DNA from: an uncultured virus (IMG/VR IMGVR_UViG_3300042879_004886)
Taxonomy: Duplodnaviria; Heunggongvirae; Uroviricota; Caudoviricetes
Strand: one strand, 5' to 3'
Virus record (IMG/VR): IMGVR_UViG_3300042879_004886
DNA length: 64,000 bases
The notes under the pieces were generated by a model. That model did no database searches. It had not been told where the DNA came from and worked only from the letters and a program-made list of their open reading frames with translations. Shown here in pieces: positions 34,696 through 44,598 of the stretch (position 1 is its first letter; each line of letters begins with the position of its first letter). The translations under genes were made by a program, and so were the position numbers.

Positions 34696-35408
34696 TATTT
34701 AAAATTGTTTAATAAAATTTGTCTACGACTTTCAATTTCGTCCCAATTATTTATTTTAGATTTGTAATCTTTTTCTTGCTTTTTCAATAGAAATACCATA
34801 CCCAAATCATCTGGTCCATGTTCTACTTTAATAAAGTCATCTTCATAGTCAAGCTCAGATATGTTAAAGAACTCTTTAATTGCCTTATCCGGCGTTTCCC
34901 ATGCTATTCCAGAGTAGAAGTCATATCCCAATCCAGTGTTTCCAGGACGCTTTCCGGCGCAGGGATGATTGGGCTTATGAATGTAGTTTGCCCAATTTGT
35001 ATCGTGAAAGATTAAATAACCATTTACTTTTAATAGGTCCCACCAATAATAAAGCTCTCTCATAACTTGTTCTTTGGCATGTACTGTATCTACAAATACT
35101 AAATTTGGTCTTTCATGAGACCATTTTTCACCTGTAATGACAGAATCTTCTTTAATAAAGGAATACATCGGGTCGGATAAGCAATCATTTATATGACTGT
35201 GATATAAATGTGGGTCTACTCCAAATACACTATTATTACTTTGTAAAGATTTATCTAAAAGAATTCGTGAGCTTTTTCCTGTTTCTACACCCAAATCTAC
35301 AAATACATTATTTTTTCCCAACGAATCTTTTATTTGTAAAAATTTTACACTATTAATTCCAAGTTCACCGTCAATTAATTCTTTTTTATAAATTTCAGAT
35401 AATATCAT
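34695..35408 (-). CDS. Class I SAM methyltransferase (Methyltransf_24-like)
   Basis: VDLGVETGKS, VFVDTVH, GYLIFHD. Confidence 0.8.
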   Translation of the reverse strand: MILSEIYKKELIDGELGINSVKFLQIKDSLGKNNVFVDLGVETGKSSRILLDKSLQSNNSVFGVDPHLYHSHINDCLSDPMYSFIKEDSVITGEKWSHERPNLVFVDTVHAKEQVMRELYYWWDLLKVNGYLIFHDTNWANYIHKPNHPCAGKRPGNTGLGYDFYSGIAWETPDKAIKEFFNISELDYEDDFIKVEHGPDDLGMVFLLKKQEKDYKSKINNWDEIESRRQILLNNFK

Positions 35409-35411
35409 ATA

Positions 35412-35990
35412 TCATTCCTTAGTCACTATAATATAACGATATGGTGATTCTCCTATGATTTCTCCACGACTAATTGTTCCATATTTTTTTAATTTATCTA
35501 ACCACCATTCTTCATTATGAACAGTCATGTGTAATTTTAACCAAAGATGGCTGTCGTCTACATAAGAAATTGAAAATATAAATCCTTTTGTAGCAATTCT
35601 ATTAAATTCATTTAAAATTAAGTCAATATCTTCTGGTAAACAATGCTCTAAGCAGTCAAATGATGACAACCATTCTACTGAATTGTCTGCAAGTGGAATG
35701 TTTTTTGCTTCCGCATCTATCCAATTTACTTTTTTATTATCTATAATGTTACCTGTTTTTACACTAGCAATGTCAACACCATATACTGTTTCTACAAATT
35801 CGCTAATTGCATTGCAGAACCTACCATAACCACAACCAACATCGCATACCGATTTTGTATTTAATGATTTAATAAAAGGTATAGCATTTTTACCCCAAAA
35901 ACCTCTTCCATAGCCTTCATTGTGTCTGTTTTCATAATCTTTTCCAATAATTCCAGAATATATTTCAACATATTTTTCTATTTCATTCAT
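35412..35990 (-). CDS. Class I SAM methyltransferase (Methyltransf_11-like)
   Basis: DVGCGYG, GVDIA, DCLEH. Confidence 0.85.
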   Translation of the reverse strand: MNEIEKYVEIYSGIIGKDYENRHNEGYGRGFWGKNAIPFIKSLNTKSVCDVGCGYGRFCNAISEFVETVYGVDIASVKTGNIIDNKKVNWIDAEAKNIPLADNSVEWLSSFDCLEHCLPEDIDLILNEFNRIATKGFIFSISYVDDSHLWLKLHMTVHNEEWWLDKLKKYGTISRGEIIGESPYRYIIVTKE

Positions 35991-35991
35991 T

Positions 35992-37317
35992 TTAAAATCC
36001 TTTTTTTCCTATAAAATATGGATAACAATTTATATCACAATACTGTTTAAGTGGTGCTTTATAATTTGAATTTTTAATATCCGAATCTAACCATAAAAAT
36101 TCTTGAACAACGTTTTTATCCAAGAATGGATATCTTACTTCAATGCCGTAAGCCCCGCCAACATATTCTTCTTTTGCAATGTAAGATTCCATACTAGATC
36201 CAAAAAAACTATTCCATGGAAATATAGACGAGAGATCTTTAGGAAACAACCCACCAAAGTTTGAGTGGTTATATATCTTATTTCCTTGAAACCCATAGTC
36301 TGAATATATTTCATCTGGGCCTTGACCACTTAACACTACTTTGTAATCGTCAGGACGAGCATATTGGCAAATCAAACTAAAATATTTTGCGCCATTATCG
36401 TCAGTCAATGATAAATCAAATTCATTATAATTTGAAGATGTCGAACATATAGTGTATTTAAAATCTTCCGTATTTGTTTTGATATAGTTTATTGCTTGAT
36501 TAAGAGCTGGGTCATTCTTATATAATATTTGAAATGGTTTATTATGTTGCTGTAGCAGCTGCAATCTTTGTTCAAGAACATTATGATCCTCTGTTCCAAC
36601 TACAGAAAATGCTTTAAAGTCTACATTTTGTTTCAATAGTTCACAGCATATTACCCCAGAATCATAACCCGAGGAAAGACCTATAAAGACTTTCTTGTCA
36701 ATATTATTTGTTCTTTTTGATATACTATTTGAAAAAGCAACATTCCAATCTGAAAGATCTGTCTTAAATTGATTGCAATCAAAATTAGTTATAATGTTTG
36801 TTTCTAATTTAAAAGATTGAAGATCTAATTTATAGATTGTGTTTGGCTTTGCTTTTTGAATATTTTCAAATCCTAATTTCTTCAGAGGATCGGAATATGA
36901 TGCTATTCCGATATTTCTGTTTTCAAAACTAAAGAACATAGGTTTTGTTTTGAAAGTATCGGTAGAAAATATCAATTGTTGTTTACTAAAATCTATCAAA
37001 ACAATTGCAAATTCACCATCCAATTCTCTTGTAAAACAATCTCCAAATTGCTTATATACATCATATATGCATTCACCATCAGTTGAATAACTTCCAAAAG
37101 ATTGGTAATTATAAATTTCACCATTGTAGATTGATACAACATTACCATTAATATATGGTTGTTTTGTAAATTTACCTGTAATAGAAAGAAGATTGTGGAC
37201 AAAAGTAAATCCATTTACCTGTTCTACATTGGTACAATCCGGCCCTCGCATTCTATTGATGCAATTTACCGAATTTAAATCATGTATTTGTTTGTTAGTA
37301 ACAATAAAACTACACAT
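35992..37317 (-). CDS. Asparagine-synthetase-like glutamine amidotransferase
   Basis: N-terminal Cys2, RGPD, NGEIYN, LSSGYDS, SGQGPDE, RYPFLD. Confidence 0.85.
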   Translation of the reverse strand: MCSFIVTNKQIHDLNSVNCINRMRGPDCTNVEQVNGFTFVHNLLSITGKFTKQPYINGNVVSIYNGEIYNYQSFGSYSTDGECIYDVYKQFGDCFTRELDGEFAIVLIDFSKQQLIFSTDTFKTKPMFFSFENRNIGIASYSDPLKKLGFENIQKAKPNTIYKLDLQSFKLETNIITNFDCNQFKTDLSDWNVAFSNSISKRTNNIDKKVFIGLSSGYDSGVICCELLKQNVDFKAFSVVGTEDHNVLEQRLQLLQQHNKPFQILYKNDPALNQAINYIKTNTEDFKYTICSTSSNYNEFDLSLTDDNGAKYFSLICQYARPDDYKVVLSGQGPDEIYSDYGFQGNKIYNHSNFGGLFPKDLSSIFPWNSFFGSSMESYIAKEEYVGGAYGIEVRYPFLDKNVVQEFLWLDSDIKNSNYKAPLKQYCDINCYPYFIGKKGF

Positions 37318-38012
37318 TATCTTATATGATTTCTGATTTGCGGCATTATTGGATTGTTTCCAATCCTACCAGTATTTATGTTGATTCCATTGGCAAATCC
37401 GGGTAGTTGTGTTGGAGTTATATTTGTTTTCCACAAGCAATAGGGAAAACTTATTTGATCTCTTGAACTATATCTGCAAATTTGTTCCCACCACATAAGA
37501 TTTAATCTTTGAATCTCTGGTGTATTTTTTCTAATAAAAACAGACATTTCCCACAATCCGTTTTGTTGAGGAAATCCTTCAGAATAATACTTATTCAGTT
37601 GTCTTACAACATTTTCGGGATAATCATAATGCAATCCAAGATTTATAATTTCTTTTCCTTCATCATAAGCACAGTTTCTTGTTGTATGTTTAAAACAACC
37701 CAGCATTGAATCTTTTAAATATGTTTCTATTATTTCTTTTGGATCTATTACAACTTCGTGTGTGGCATCAACCCAGAAATAATAGTCATACCCCGGAATA
37801 AACAATTCTGGAGCTATTTTATAAATTTTTGCATTACGTCTTGCCGCAAACCTATCATCTACTGAAAATTGGCATCCTATGGTTTGCTTCCAAGTATCAC
37901 ATGCATGTTGTCTATCAACAAATGCATAATAATCGACATCTTTAAAAACAGAATAAGGACGTTGTAAAACGTCCCTATTTCCAAACATAGATGTTACTAT
38001 TGCTATCTTCAT
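37317..38012 (-). CDS. DUF616/TOD1-MUCI70-like glycosyltransferase
   Basis: AK.YKI.P, WVDA, H..RNC.YDE, SRDQISF. Confidence 0.7.
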   Translation of the reverse strand: MKIAIVTSMFGNRDVLQRPYSVFKDVDYYAFVDRQHACDTWKQTIGCQFSVDDRFAARRNAKIYKIAPELFIPGYDYYFWVDATHEVVIDPKEIIETYLKDSMLGCFKHTTRNCAYDEGKEIINLGLHYDYPENVVRQLNKYYSEGFPQQNGLWEMSVFIRKNTPEIQRLNLMWWEQICRYSSRDQISFPYCLWKTNITPTQLPGFANGININTGRIGNNPIMPQIRNHIR

Positions 38013-39007
38013 AGGCCAATCCATTTAGGATTCTTGAGAGACCAGTCAACAAGTCCTTCAATAGACTTTTCCAGATTGTTTACCGGAGTCCAGCCCATTT
38101 CAGCCATCTTGGAACCATCCAAAGCGTATCGCAAATCGTGACCCGGCCTTGAGCTGTGAAAATCTACCAGCTCATATACCAAATCTTTTCCAACACAAGA
38201 GCTAATCATTTTTGCTAGTGTTAAATTATCTACTTCTTTTTCACCAACAATATTGTATTTTTGTCCTTGCTTACCATTTTTTAACAAGAAATCAATAGCA
38301 TTGCATACGTTCTTTGCATGGATATAATATCTGCTACCTGCTCTGGTAAGATCTTTATTTGCGTGAATGGTTATCTTTTTGCCGACAAAGCTGTTCTTGA
38401 TGCATAGAGGAATAAACTTTTCTGGATGTTGTCTTTCACCAAAGACATTCATGCAGTGAGTAATCATAATCGGCATCTTATATGTATTTTCAAATGCAAT
38501 GCACAATTCTTCGCCGCCTGCTTTTGATGCAGAATATGGATTGCCAGAATTATACCTGTCATTTTCTTTGTAATTTACACCATCCGGGGCTGGTCCAAAA
38601 ATTTCATCAGTTGAAAAATAAATAAAATTATTTAAGTTATCCAACGTTCTAGCAAAATTTAAAATATTGCAAGTTCCGACAACATTGTCCATAACAAAAC
38701 TAAGAGGGTCATCAATTGAACGATCTACGTGTGATGATGCTCCAATATGAAGAACTGTATCTACAGAACCAATCAATGACTTTAAAATTTCATTATTGTG
38801 CATCTCCGCCTTCATGTCATGCCATACAAACGATACTCTCTTTCCTTCCTTTTCCCAAATAGGAAGTTCTGTAAGTCTGTTTAAATTTCCAGATACATCA
38901 AGACGATCTAGAACCACTATGTCGCAGTCATTATTTTGCAACATGTATTCAACCATATGATGACCAATAAAACCTGCACCACCAGTAATTAAAAAACGAT
39001 TACGCAT
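38009..39007 (-). CDS. rmlB: dTDP-glucose 4,6-dehydratase (RmlB-like)
   Basis: ITGGAGFIG, SHVDRSI, STDE, PYSASK, QHPEKFIP, RPGHDLRY. Confidence 0.85.
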   Translation of the reverse strand: MRNRFLITGGAGFIGHHMVEYMLQNNDCDIVVLDRLDVSGNLNRLTELPIWEKEGKRVSFVWHDMKAEMHNNEILKSLIGSVDTVLHIGASSHVDRSIDDPLSFVMDNVVGTCNILNFARTLDNLNNFIYFSTDEIFGPAPDGVNYKENDRYNSGNPYSASKAGGEELCIAFENTYKMPIMITHCMNVFGERQHPEKFIPLCIKNSFVGKKITIHANKDLTRAGSRYYIHAKNVCNAIDFLLKNGKQGQKYNIVGEKEVDNLTLAKMISSCVGKDLVYELVDFHSSRPGHDLRYALDGSKMAEMGWTPVNNLEKSIEGLVDWSLKNPKWIGL

Positions 39008-39683
39008 TTTTGTATTTTTCCCTGCAATAAAGTATTTCACTATCCAATACATCTTTAGAAGTATTTTGCAATTGATTTTCATGCAATCGATTGCAAATCA
39101 AATAATCGGTGATGATGTATGGATCACCGTACTTGATATATAAATTTTTGTAAATATCGCAATCCATCAACATAATTAAATTTTCGTCAAATAAAGTTTG
39201 ACCTCTAAACGCTAACACACTTGGAGAACTAATAGTATTGTTACCAATATGTATATCGTTATTATATCGAGGAATAAATGGCCTAAACAATGAGTGTATA
39301 TTATTGCAATGAGCGGAACCGGACACAACCCATCCAACGTTTGGATTAGAAAAAGCATTTATAATTTTTTTGCAAGCGTCATCATCAATAAAAAAATCAT
39401 CTTGAAATATGACCTTTACTATGTCCGAAGTGCAATTTTTTATTGCATTGTTGGCGTTTGGAGAATTGCTACGTTTTACATGGCGACCACTAACCAACTT
39501 TATATGCATAAAGTTTGAATATAAATTACATAGTTTTTCGATTTTATCGTCAGTGCTTTGGTCGCTTATAACTACCTCAACATCTTTTTCTGATTGTTTT
39601 GCTATACTGTTTAGTAACTCTGAAAGATATAACCACCCAATACCATGGCATTCATAAACAGGTATTGCAATTGATAATTTCAT
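39000..39683 (-). CDS. GT2 glycosyltransferase
   Basis: LSIAIPVY, SDQSTD, FQDDF. Confidence 0.85.
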   Translation of the reverse strand: MKLSIAIPVYECHGIGWLYLSELLNSIAKQSEKDVEVVISDQSTDDKIEKLCNLYSNFMHIKLVSGRHVKRSNSPNANNAIKNCTSDIVKVIFQDDFFIDDDACKKIINAFSNPNVGWVVSGSAHCNNIHSLFRPFIPRYNNDIHIGNNTISSPSVLAFRGQTLFDENLIMLMDCDIYKNLYIKYGDPYIITDYLICNRLHENQLQNTSKDVLDSEILYCREKYKNA

Positions 39684-40450
39684 TAATTTTCTTCCAATAT
39701 TTTTATTAAAGATTGCATGGGAGAAATATTTTGTTCCAAAGCTTTTTGGTAGTTTTCTTTTATAGCTTCAATTTTATTATTATAATCCAAATATGTTAAA
39801 GAGCAAATATCATTTATTTCATTTAACCACAAAATACCTTCAGAATTAAACACAGAAGATATTTTTTTGGATCCCCAATAGATTGGTATAGTGCATGTTA
39901 AAAAACAATCTAATATTTTTTCAGTAAACCATAAATCGGTATCGTCGTTTTCTATTGCAATAGAAAAACAATAATCATTTAAACCTTCACTTTTATTTTT
40001 TATTTCATTAAACCCTCTACCATAGAGATCAACGCAATTTGGTAAATTTTTTATAACTTTATGTCTTAATGCATGCCCTTTTGTAAAATTTTTATTTGAA
40101 GAAATCATGCTTACTAATTTTATTTTTTTTGGAAAATACATTGGTTCAGATATCCAAGAAGAGTAAGAGGGGTGCATGTATTTTACAAAAGGATATTTAA
40201 ACAAAGATTCTACACAACAGTAAACTACCGTATCTTTGAACAGCTCAGGATTTTCTTCAATTTTTTCTATTACATTTTTTGTTAATGCTGGTGATTCGTG
40301 GAGCCAAATTATTGTTTTTTTATTTTTTTGAAAATTAAAACAATTTACACACAATAGTATGTTTTTAAAAAACAAATGTGGGTGACTGTCTTTTAACTGA
40401 TTACTTAAAATATCCCAACAGGGATCTGTTCCTAAAATAGTTAAACTCAT
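39683..40450 (-). CDS. GT10-like (alpha-1,3-fucosyltransferase family) protein
   Basis: Y.FSIAIEN, FTEKILDCF, PIYWG. Confidence 0.8.
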   Translation of the reverse strand: MSLTILGTDPCWDILSNQLKDSHPHLFFKNILLCVNCFNFQKNKKTIIWLHESPALTKNVIEKIEENPELFKDTVVYCCVESLFKYPFVKYMHPSYSSWISEPMYFPKKIKLVSMISSNKNFTKGHALRHKVIKNLPNCVDLYGRGFNEIKNKSEGLNDYCFSIAIENDDTDLWFTEKILDCFLTCTIPIYWGSKKISSVFNSEGILWLNEINDICSLTYLDYNNKIEAIKENYQKALEQNISPMQSLIKILEEN

Positions 40451-41235
40451 ATAATTTGCCACCCCTCGCAATAAATATCAGACCAATTTTTTGGCATATG
40501 GTTAGCTGGACCAAACCATTTTGAAGGAGCAATAACTTTTTTGGAATTTCCCAACCAAGCACCCCACCAACTGAAAGAACTATTTGCAATAATGTGGTAG
40601 TCGCACATAGTCATTAAACACATATCAATATATTTATTTGTGTTTTCAACAAATACCATTTTACGATTAATTGGTTTAAAAAATTCTGTTGCACGTGGAA
40701 TATCATTACTAAAAACATAAATTAAAAGATCATTTGGTAATAATTTTAATGCTTCTGTGTAATATTCTAAAGAACAAACTGGATGACACTCTTGTGCGAT
40801 AAGATAGTCGCCTAATCTTAGGTGTACGGATATTGCTGGTAATTTACTCAACGACCTTATATCTAATGCTTTGGTGTATACATTATCATTAAAAGTAAAT
40901 TCGTGTAACAGATCATTTCTATAATCAAAAAAATATTTTTCACTTTGAAAATACCCACATATATCTGTATTATCTGCTACACCAAAAATTCCTGCATTAT
41001 ATTCAAAATTTTGTTCCATGGCTCTATAAGATGGTATAAAATTTGATGAATCTTTTGCAGAAAGATTTTTAAAAGAATTTGGTAAAAAAAAATTTGTAAA
41101 TTCTATTTCTCCTGTATTTGAATACGGTACACCAAATTCATATCCTCGGGTTTTGGCTATAGCATACAATGTTGCATATTGGAACATTTGATTTCCAAAT
41201 AAACCATATAAACCCAATCTATTAAATGTAATCAT
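40447..41235 (-). CDS. GT11 alpha-1,2-fucosyl/colitosyltransferase
   Basis: GLFGNQMFQYA, GYFQSEKYF, HLRLGDY, IIANSSFSWWGAW. Confidence 0.9.
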   Translation of the reverse strand: MITFNRLGLYGLFGNQMFQYATLYAIAKTRGYEFGVPYSNTGEIEFTNFFLPNSFKNLSAKDSSNFIPSYRAMEQNFEYNAGIFGVADNTDICGYFQSEKYFFDYRNDLLHEFTFNDNVYTKALDIRSLSKLPAISVHLRLGDYLIAQECHPVCSLEYYTEALKLLPNDLLIYVFSNDIPRATEFFKPINRKMVFVENTNKYIDMCLMTMCDYHIIANSSFSWWGAWLGNSKKVIAPSKWFGPANHMPKNWSDIYCEGWQII

Positions 41236-41867
41236 AAGTATTCTGAATTTTTATCTTCTAATTCTTGATCTGTAAAAAATTGCCATTTATTTGCTGAATT
41301 TCTATTATCAGATTGGTAAAAAAAAGGTTTATTTGGTGTATAAACTTTAGTTTGAAATTGTATTGATGATGCTCCAATATCCCACGGTTGTTTAAGATCA
41401 TTGATACAATGTTTGGCTACAGCAGACATTAATTCTCTAAATTCATTTTTAACATAAAGAATTGCATGTGTTGCCAAGATACCACCAATTTTTAAATATT
41501 TTTCATTAAATCTTTTTGTTTGATAATTTCTATTTCCCGTTGAAACGCCCAAATATATACCATCAGAATCATCCGGAATATCTATTATTGGTTCAAACGC
41601 TGGTGAAAACTCAGCATCATCTTCTAAAATTAATAATGGCGTTCCGTAAGAAGAATCATCTAAAATATCAATATGAGATTGTGCACATCCAACATAATGT
41701 GCATTGCTATGTATTGTTCCTTCTGGGGCAGGTATTACTCTGGCAGATTTTCTAAATGTATGTTTAAATCCATGTTTGGACAATCTTTCCTCCATCATTT
41801 CGGCATTTTTTGTTGCCGAATCAAGATTAATCCAAACTACTGGTATTTCTCTAAGATCTATAATCAT
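41232..41867 (-). CDS. GT25-like glycosyltransferase
   Basis: WINLD, GCAQSH, LILEDD, THAILY; GGAG RBS. Confidence 0.8.
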   Translation of the reverse strand: MIIDLREIPVVWINLDSATKNAEMMEERLSKHGFKHTFRKSARVIPAPEGTIHSNAHYVGCAQSHIDILDDSSYGTPLLILEDDAEFSPAFEPIIDIPDDSDGIYLGVSTGNRNYQTKRFNEKYLKIGGILATHAILYVKNEFRELMSAVAKHCINDLKQPWDIGASSIQFQTKVYTPNKPFFYQSDNRNSANKWQFFTDQELEDKNSEYL

Positions 41868-41882
41868 CTTTACTCCAAAAAT

Positions 41883-41910
41883 ATTATAAGGTATTATAAA
41901 GAATAGTCAA
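41883..41910 (-). promoter_or_regulatory. Early promoter TTGACT-N16-TATAAT for the glycosylation island
   Basis: Near-consensus, upstream of the GT25 gene. Confidence 0.7.
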
Positions 41911-41920
41911 GAATATTTAT

Positions 41921-41948
41921 TTGACTTTATCTAAAGATACTTTAAAGT
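41921..41948 (+). promoter_or_regulatory. Divergent early promoter TTGACT-N16-TAAAGT for uvsY
   Basis: Back-to-back with the island promoter. Confidence 0.55.
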
Positions 41949-41960
41949 ATATCTTAAAAG

Positions 41961-42398
41961 ATGAATCTAGAGAACCTTAAAGAACTTATTACTAAAGACT
42001 CTCAAATAGACTCTACAGAGTTAGGTATAGAGTCTCTTAAGATACCTCAAATACACTCTAAGTATCTAACAATACTTGCAGATGTCAAATTACTTTTGAC
42101 AAAACACCAAAATGACTTGGCTGTTTTAAAATTGCGTAAATGGAAAATTTATACAGGAAAAGCTTCCAAAGAAGAACTTGAGAGTTGGGGTGAGGAACCT
42201 TCAGAACTAACCTTACTCAAGAGTGATGTTGAACAATTTGTAGAAGCAGATCCAAAAGTTATAGAATTAAAATCCAAAGTATCTGTGTCCGAGATAAAAT
42301 TAAAAATGGTAGAAGAATTTATAAGATCTTTGAACAATAGAAATTTTATGATCAAATCTGCCATTGAATGGCAAAAAATGATGAATGGCATAGTATAA
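41961..42398 (+). CDS. uvsY: Recombination mediator UvsY
   Basis: ESLKIPQIHSKYL, YTGKA, RNFMIKSAIEW; upstream of uvsW. Confidence 0.9.
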   Translation: MNLENLKELITKDSQIDSTELGIESLKIPQIHSKYLTILADVKLLLTKHQNDLAVLKLRKWKIYTGKASKEELESWGEEPSELTLLKSDVEQFVEADPKVIELKSKVSVSEIKLKMVEEFIRSLNNRNFMIKSAIEWQKMMNGIV

Positions 42399-42401
42399 AT
42401 A
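42394..42401 (+). promoter_or_regulatory. T4 late promoter TATAAATA
   Basis: Overlaps the uvsY stop; 4 nt before GTG 42406. Confidence 0.65.
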
Positions 42402-42405
42402 TTAT

Positions 42406-43914
42406 GTGGATATTGAAGTTGAATCTATTGATGAAGTTCGCTACTACATCAAAACAGAACAAGCACTAAAAAAAGAACTAAGGGATTATTTTTCCTTCAT
42501 GGTTCCAGGTGCTCAATATATGCCAATGTTTAAAAGAAGATTGTGGGATGGTAAAATCCGTCTTTACGAAATTTTATCATCAACTCTTCCCAGAGGTTTA
42601 AAAACATATCTTCAAAAGTTTTGCGAAGATCGAAAGTACTCACTAAATATAAAAGAGAGCAAAAATCCTTTATGCATTACGAAGGAAGAACTTTCGGAAT
42701 TTTACAAATCTTTGAAAGTTACTGTTCGCAAAAAAGATGTCCAGATGCACGACCATCAGGAACAGGCTATTTTGCATGCATTGAACAATCATCGTTCGGT
42801 AGTGATTTCTCCTACAGGATCTGGAAAAAGTCTCATTATATACGTATTGGTTCGGTTTCTGCAAAAGGCAATTCCTACAGACCGCAAAATTCTTATTCTG
42901 GTTCCTACGGTTGGCTTGGTCAACCAGATGGAATCTGATTTTTTTGATTACTCGGGTCAAGACAAATTATGGTCTTGCAAAAAATATATACACAAAATAT
43001 CAGCTGGGCAGGATAAAGATACCAACAAGCAAATCGTGATATCTACTTGGCAGTCTATATACAAACTTCCAAAAGAATGGTTTTCCCAATTTGATGCGAT
43101 ATTTTTTGATGAATGTCACCAAGCAAAAGCGGAGTCTATAAACTTCATAGGACAAAAGCTTTACAAGGCTTGGTTTCGAATCGGGACAACAGGAACCCTC
43201 CAGCAGACGCAGGCTCATCGGCTGAGCATAGAAGGCATTTTAGGACCTGCTGTGCAGTTCATACAGACCAAGAACCTAATGACAAAGGGATTGCTTGCAA
43301 AGCTGGACATAGATTGCATAATCCTTAAATATAAAGAAGAGGACAAACAACTGCTCAAAAAGCAGAAATATGCAGACGAAATAAAGTGGATCGTAAGCAA
43401 TGAAGAAAGAAACAAATTCATCAAAGATCTTGCATTGCGAACAAAAGGAAATACCCTCATCCTCTTTAACTACGTCGAAATACATGGACGACCCCTCGCG
43501 TCTATCATTGAAGCAGAAGCGGGCGATAGAAAAGTATATTTCATCTCTGGAAAAACCGAAGCAGATACCAGGGAATACATCCGCAAAGTTGTCGATAAGG
43601 AATCAAATGCTATACTGGTGGCAAGTTTTGGTACTACCAGTGCTGGTATTAACATCGTTAATCTTGACAATATTATATTTGCGTCACCTACTAAATCCGT
43701 AATACGACTTCTTCAAAGCATTGGGCGTGGCTTGCGTGTGTCTGCAAGAAAAAAATCACTAAAGGTATTTGATATAGTAGATGATCTGACTATGAAGTCA
43801 CACAAGAACCATGTCTTCAAGCATTTTGAAGAACGCCTTAAGATCTACAAAAGAGAAAAGTTTGATCACAAGATCCATTCTATGGCGTTCGGGGACAGCT
43901 CAAAAGATAAATAG
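42406..43914 (+). CDS. uvsW: SF2 helicase UvsW
   Basis: WDGKIRL, SPTGSGKS, DECH, LQSIGRGLR. Confidence 0.95.
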   Translation: MDIEVESIDEVRYYIKTEQALKKELRDYFSFMVPGAQYMPMFKRRLWDGKIRLYEILSSTLPRGLKTYLQKFCEDRKYSLNIKESKNPLCITKEELSEFYKSLKVTVRKKDVQMHDHQEQAILHALNNHRSVVISPTGSGKSLIIYVLVRFLQKAIPTDRKILILVPTVGLVNQMESDFFDYSGQDKLWSCKKYIHKISAGQDKDTNKQIVISTWQSIYKLPKEWFSQFDAIFFDECHQAKAESINFIGQKLYKAWFRIGTTGTLQQTQAHRLSIEGILGPAVQFIQTKNLMTKGLLAKLDIDCIILKYKEEDKQLLKKQKYADEIKWIVSNEERNKFIKDLALRTKGNTLILFNYVEIHGRPLASIIEAEAGDRKVYFISGKTEADTREYIRKVVDKESNAILVASFGTTSAGINIVNLDNIIFASPTKSVIRLLQSIGRGLRVSARKKSLKVFDIVDDLTMKSHKNHVFKHFEERLKIYKREKFDHKIHSMAFGDSSKDK

Positions 43915-43929
43915 TAAGGAAGGGAGGAC

Positions 43930-44598
43930 ATGCTCATGTCCGATTCACTTCCTGAGAACAGCTTCTCGGGTGTATTAAAAGTTGTTAAACTCACCTCTGG
44001 AGAAGAACTAATAGGTTTCGTTAACGAAGCCACATCAGAAAAAATTAATATTAAATTGCCAGCAAGACTGGACAATTATCTATCACGAGATGAAAACGGC
44101 CAGATGATAGAATACGTGAAGCTTTCAAATTATCTACTCAACATAAAAGGATTTGAAGTTTCCTTGCCAAAGCAAGTAATAGTATACATTGGTGAGCCTG
44201 CCATAGAATTAGAAAAAATGTATGAAGTATTTTTTATGGCAATGCAAAAAGATCCAAAATCAATAACAGGAAATATTCCAGATGGAACCGGTGGACCAGA
44301 AAATGGACTCCAACTCCTAAACGACTTATTCAATAATGACGAATTTGTAAATTTTGTGAATAATTTAATTGATAGTTTTGAAGGAGTAGAAATAGTTTTG
44401 GACGAGGATGAAGATGGCGAACTATTCGGCCAGGATGACATTACAGAGGATCTTGAACCAAAGGAAGCCCCGAAGCCATCCAAGAAGAAGAAACGCAGCT
44501 CAATGAAGCCTGAGAAGTCTTCCTTGCCTTATAAACCAGAGTCTGACCCGAATAAACCAGAGAGCTGGCCAGACGATCCAAGTGAATACTTAAATTAA
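43930..44598 (+). CDS. Conserved hypothetical protein with Sm-like N-terminus and charged tail
   Basis: VVKLTSGEELIG motif, typical position downstream of uvsW. Confidence 0.6.
   Translation: MLMSDSLPENSFSGVLKVVKLTSGEELIGFVNEATSEKINIKLPARLDNYLSRDENGQMIEYVKLSNYLLNIKGFEVSLPKQVIVYIGEPAIELEKMYEVFFMAMQKDPKSITGNIPDGTGGPENGLQLLNDLFNNDEFVNFVNNLIDSFEGVEIVLDEDEDGELFGQDDITEDLEPKEAPKPSKKKKRSSMKPEKSSLPYKPESDPNKPESWPDDPSEYLN

Noticed and set aside
29094..41867. Island as bacterial contamination or prophage-flanking host DNA
   Set aside because: Contiguous with gp55 and uvsY, uses the same phage promoter geometry, and lacks wzx/wzy/transport genes
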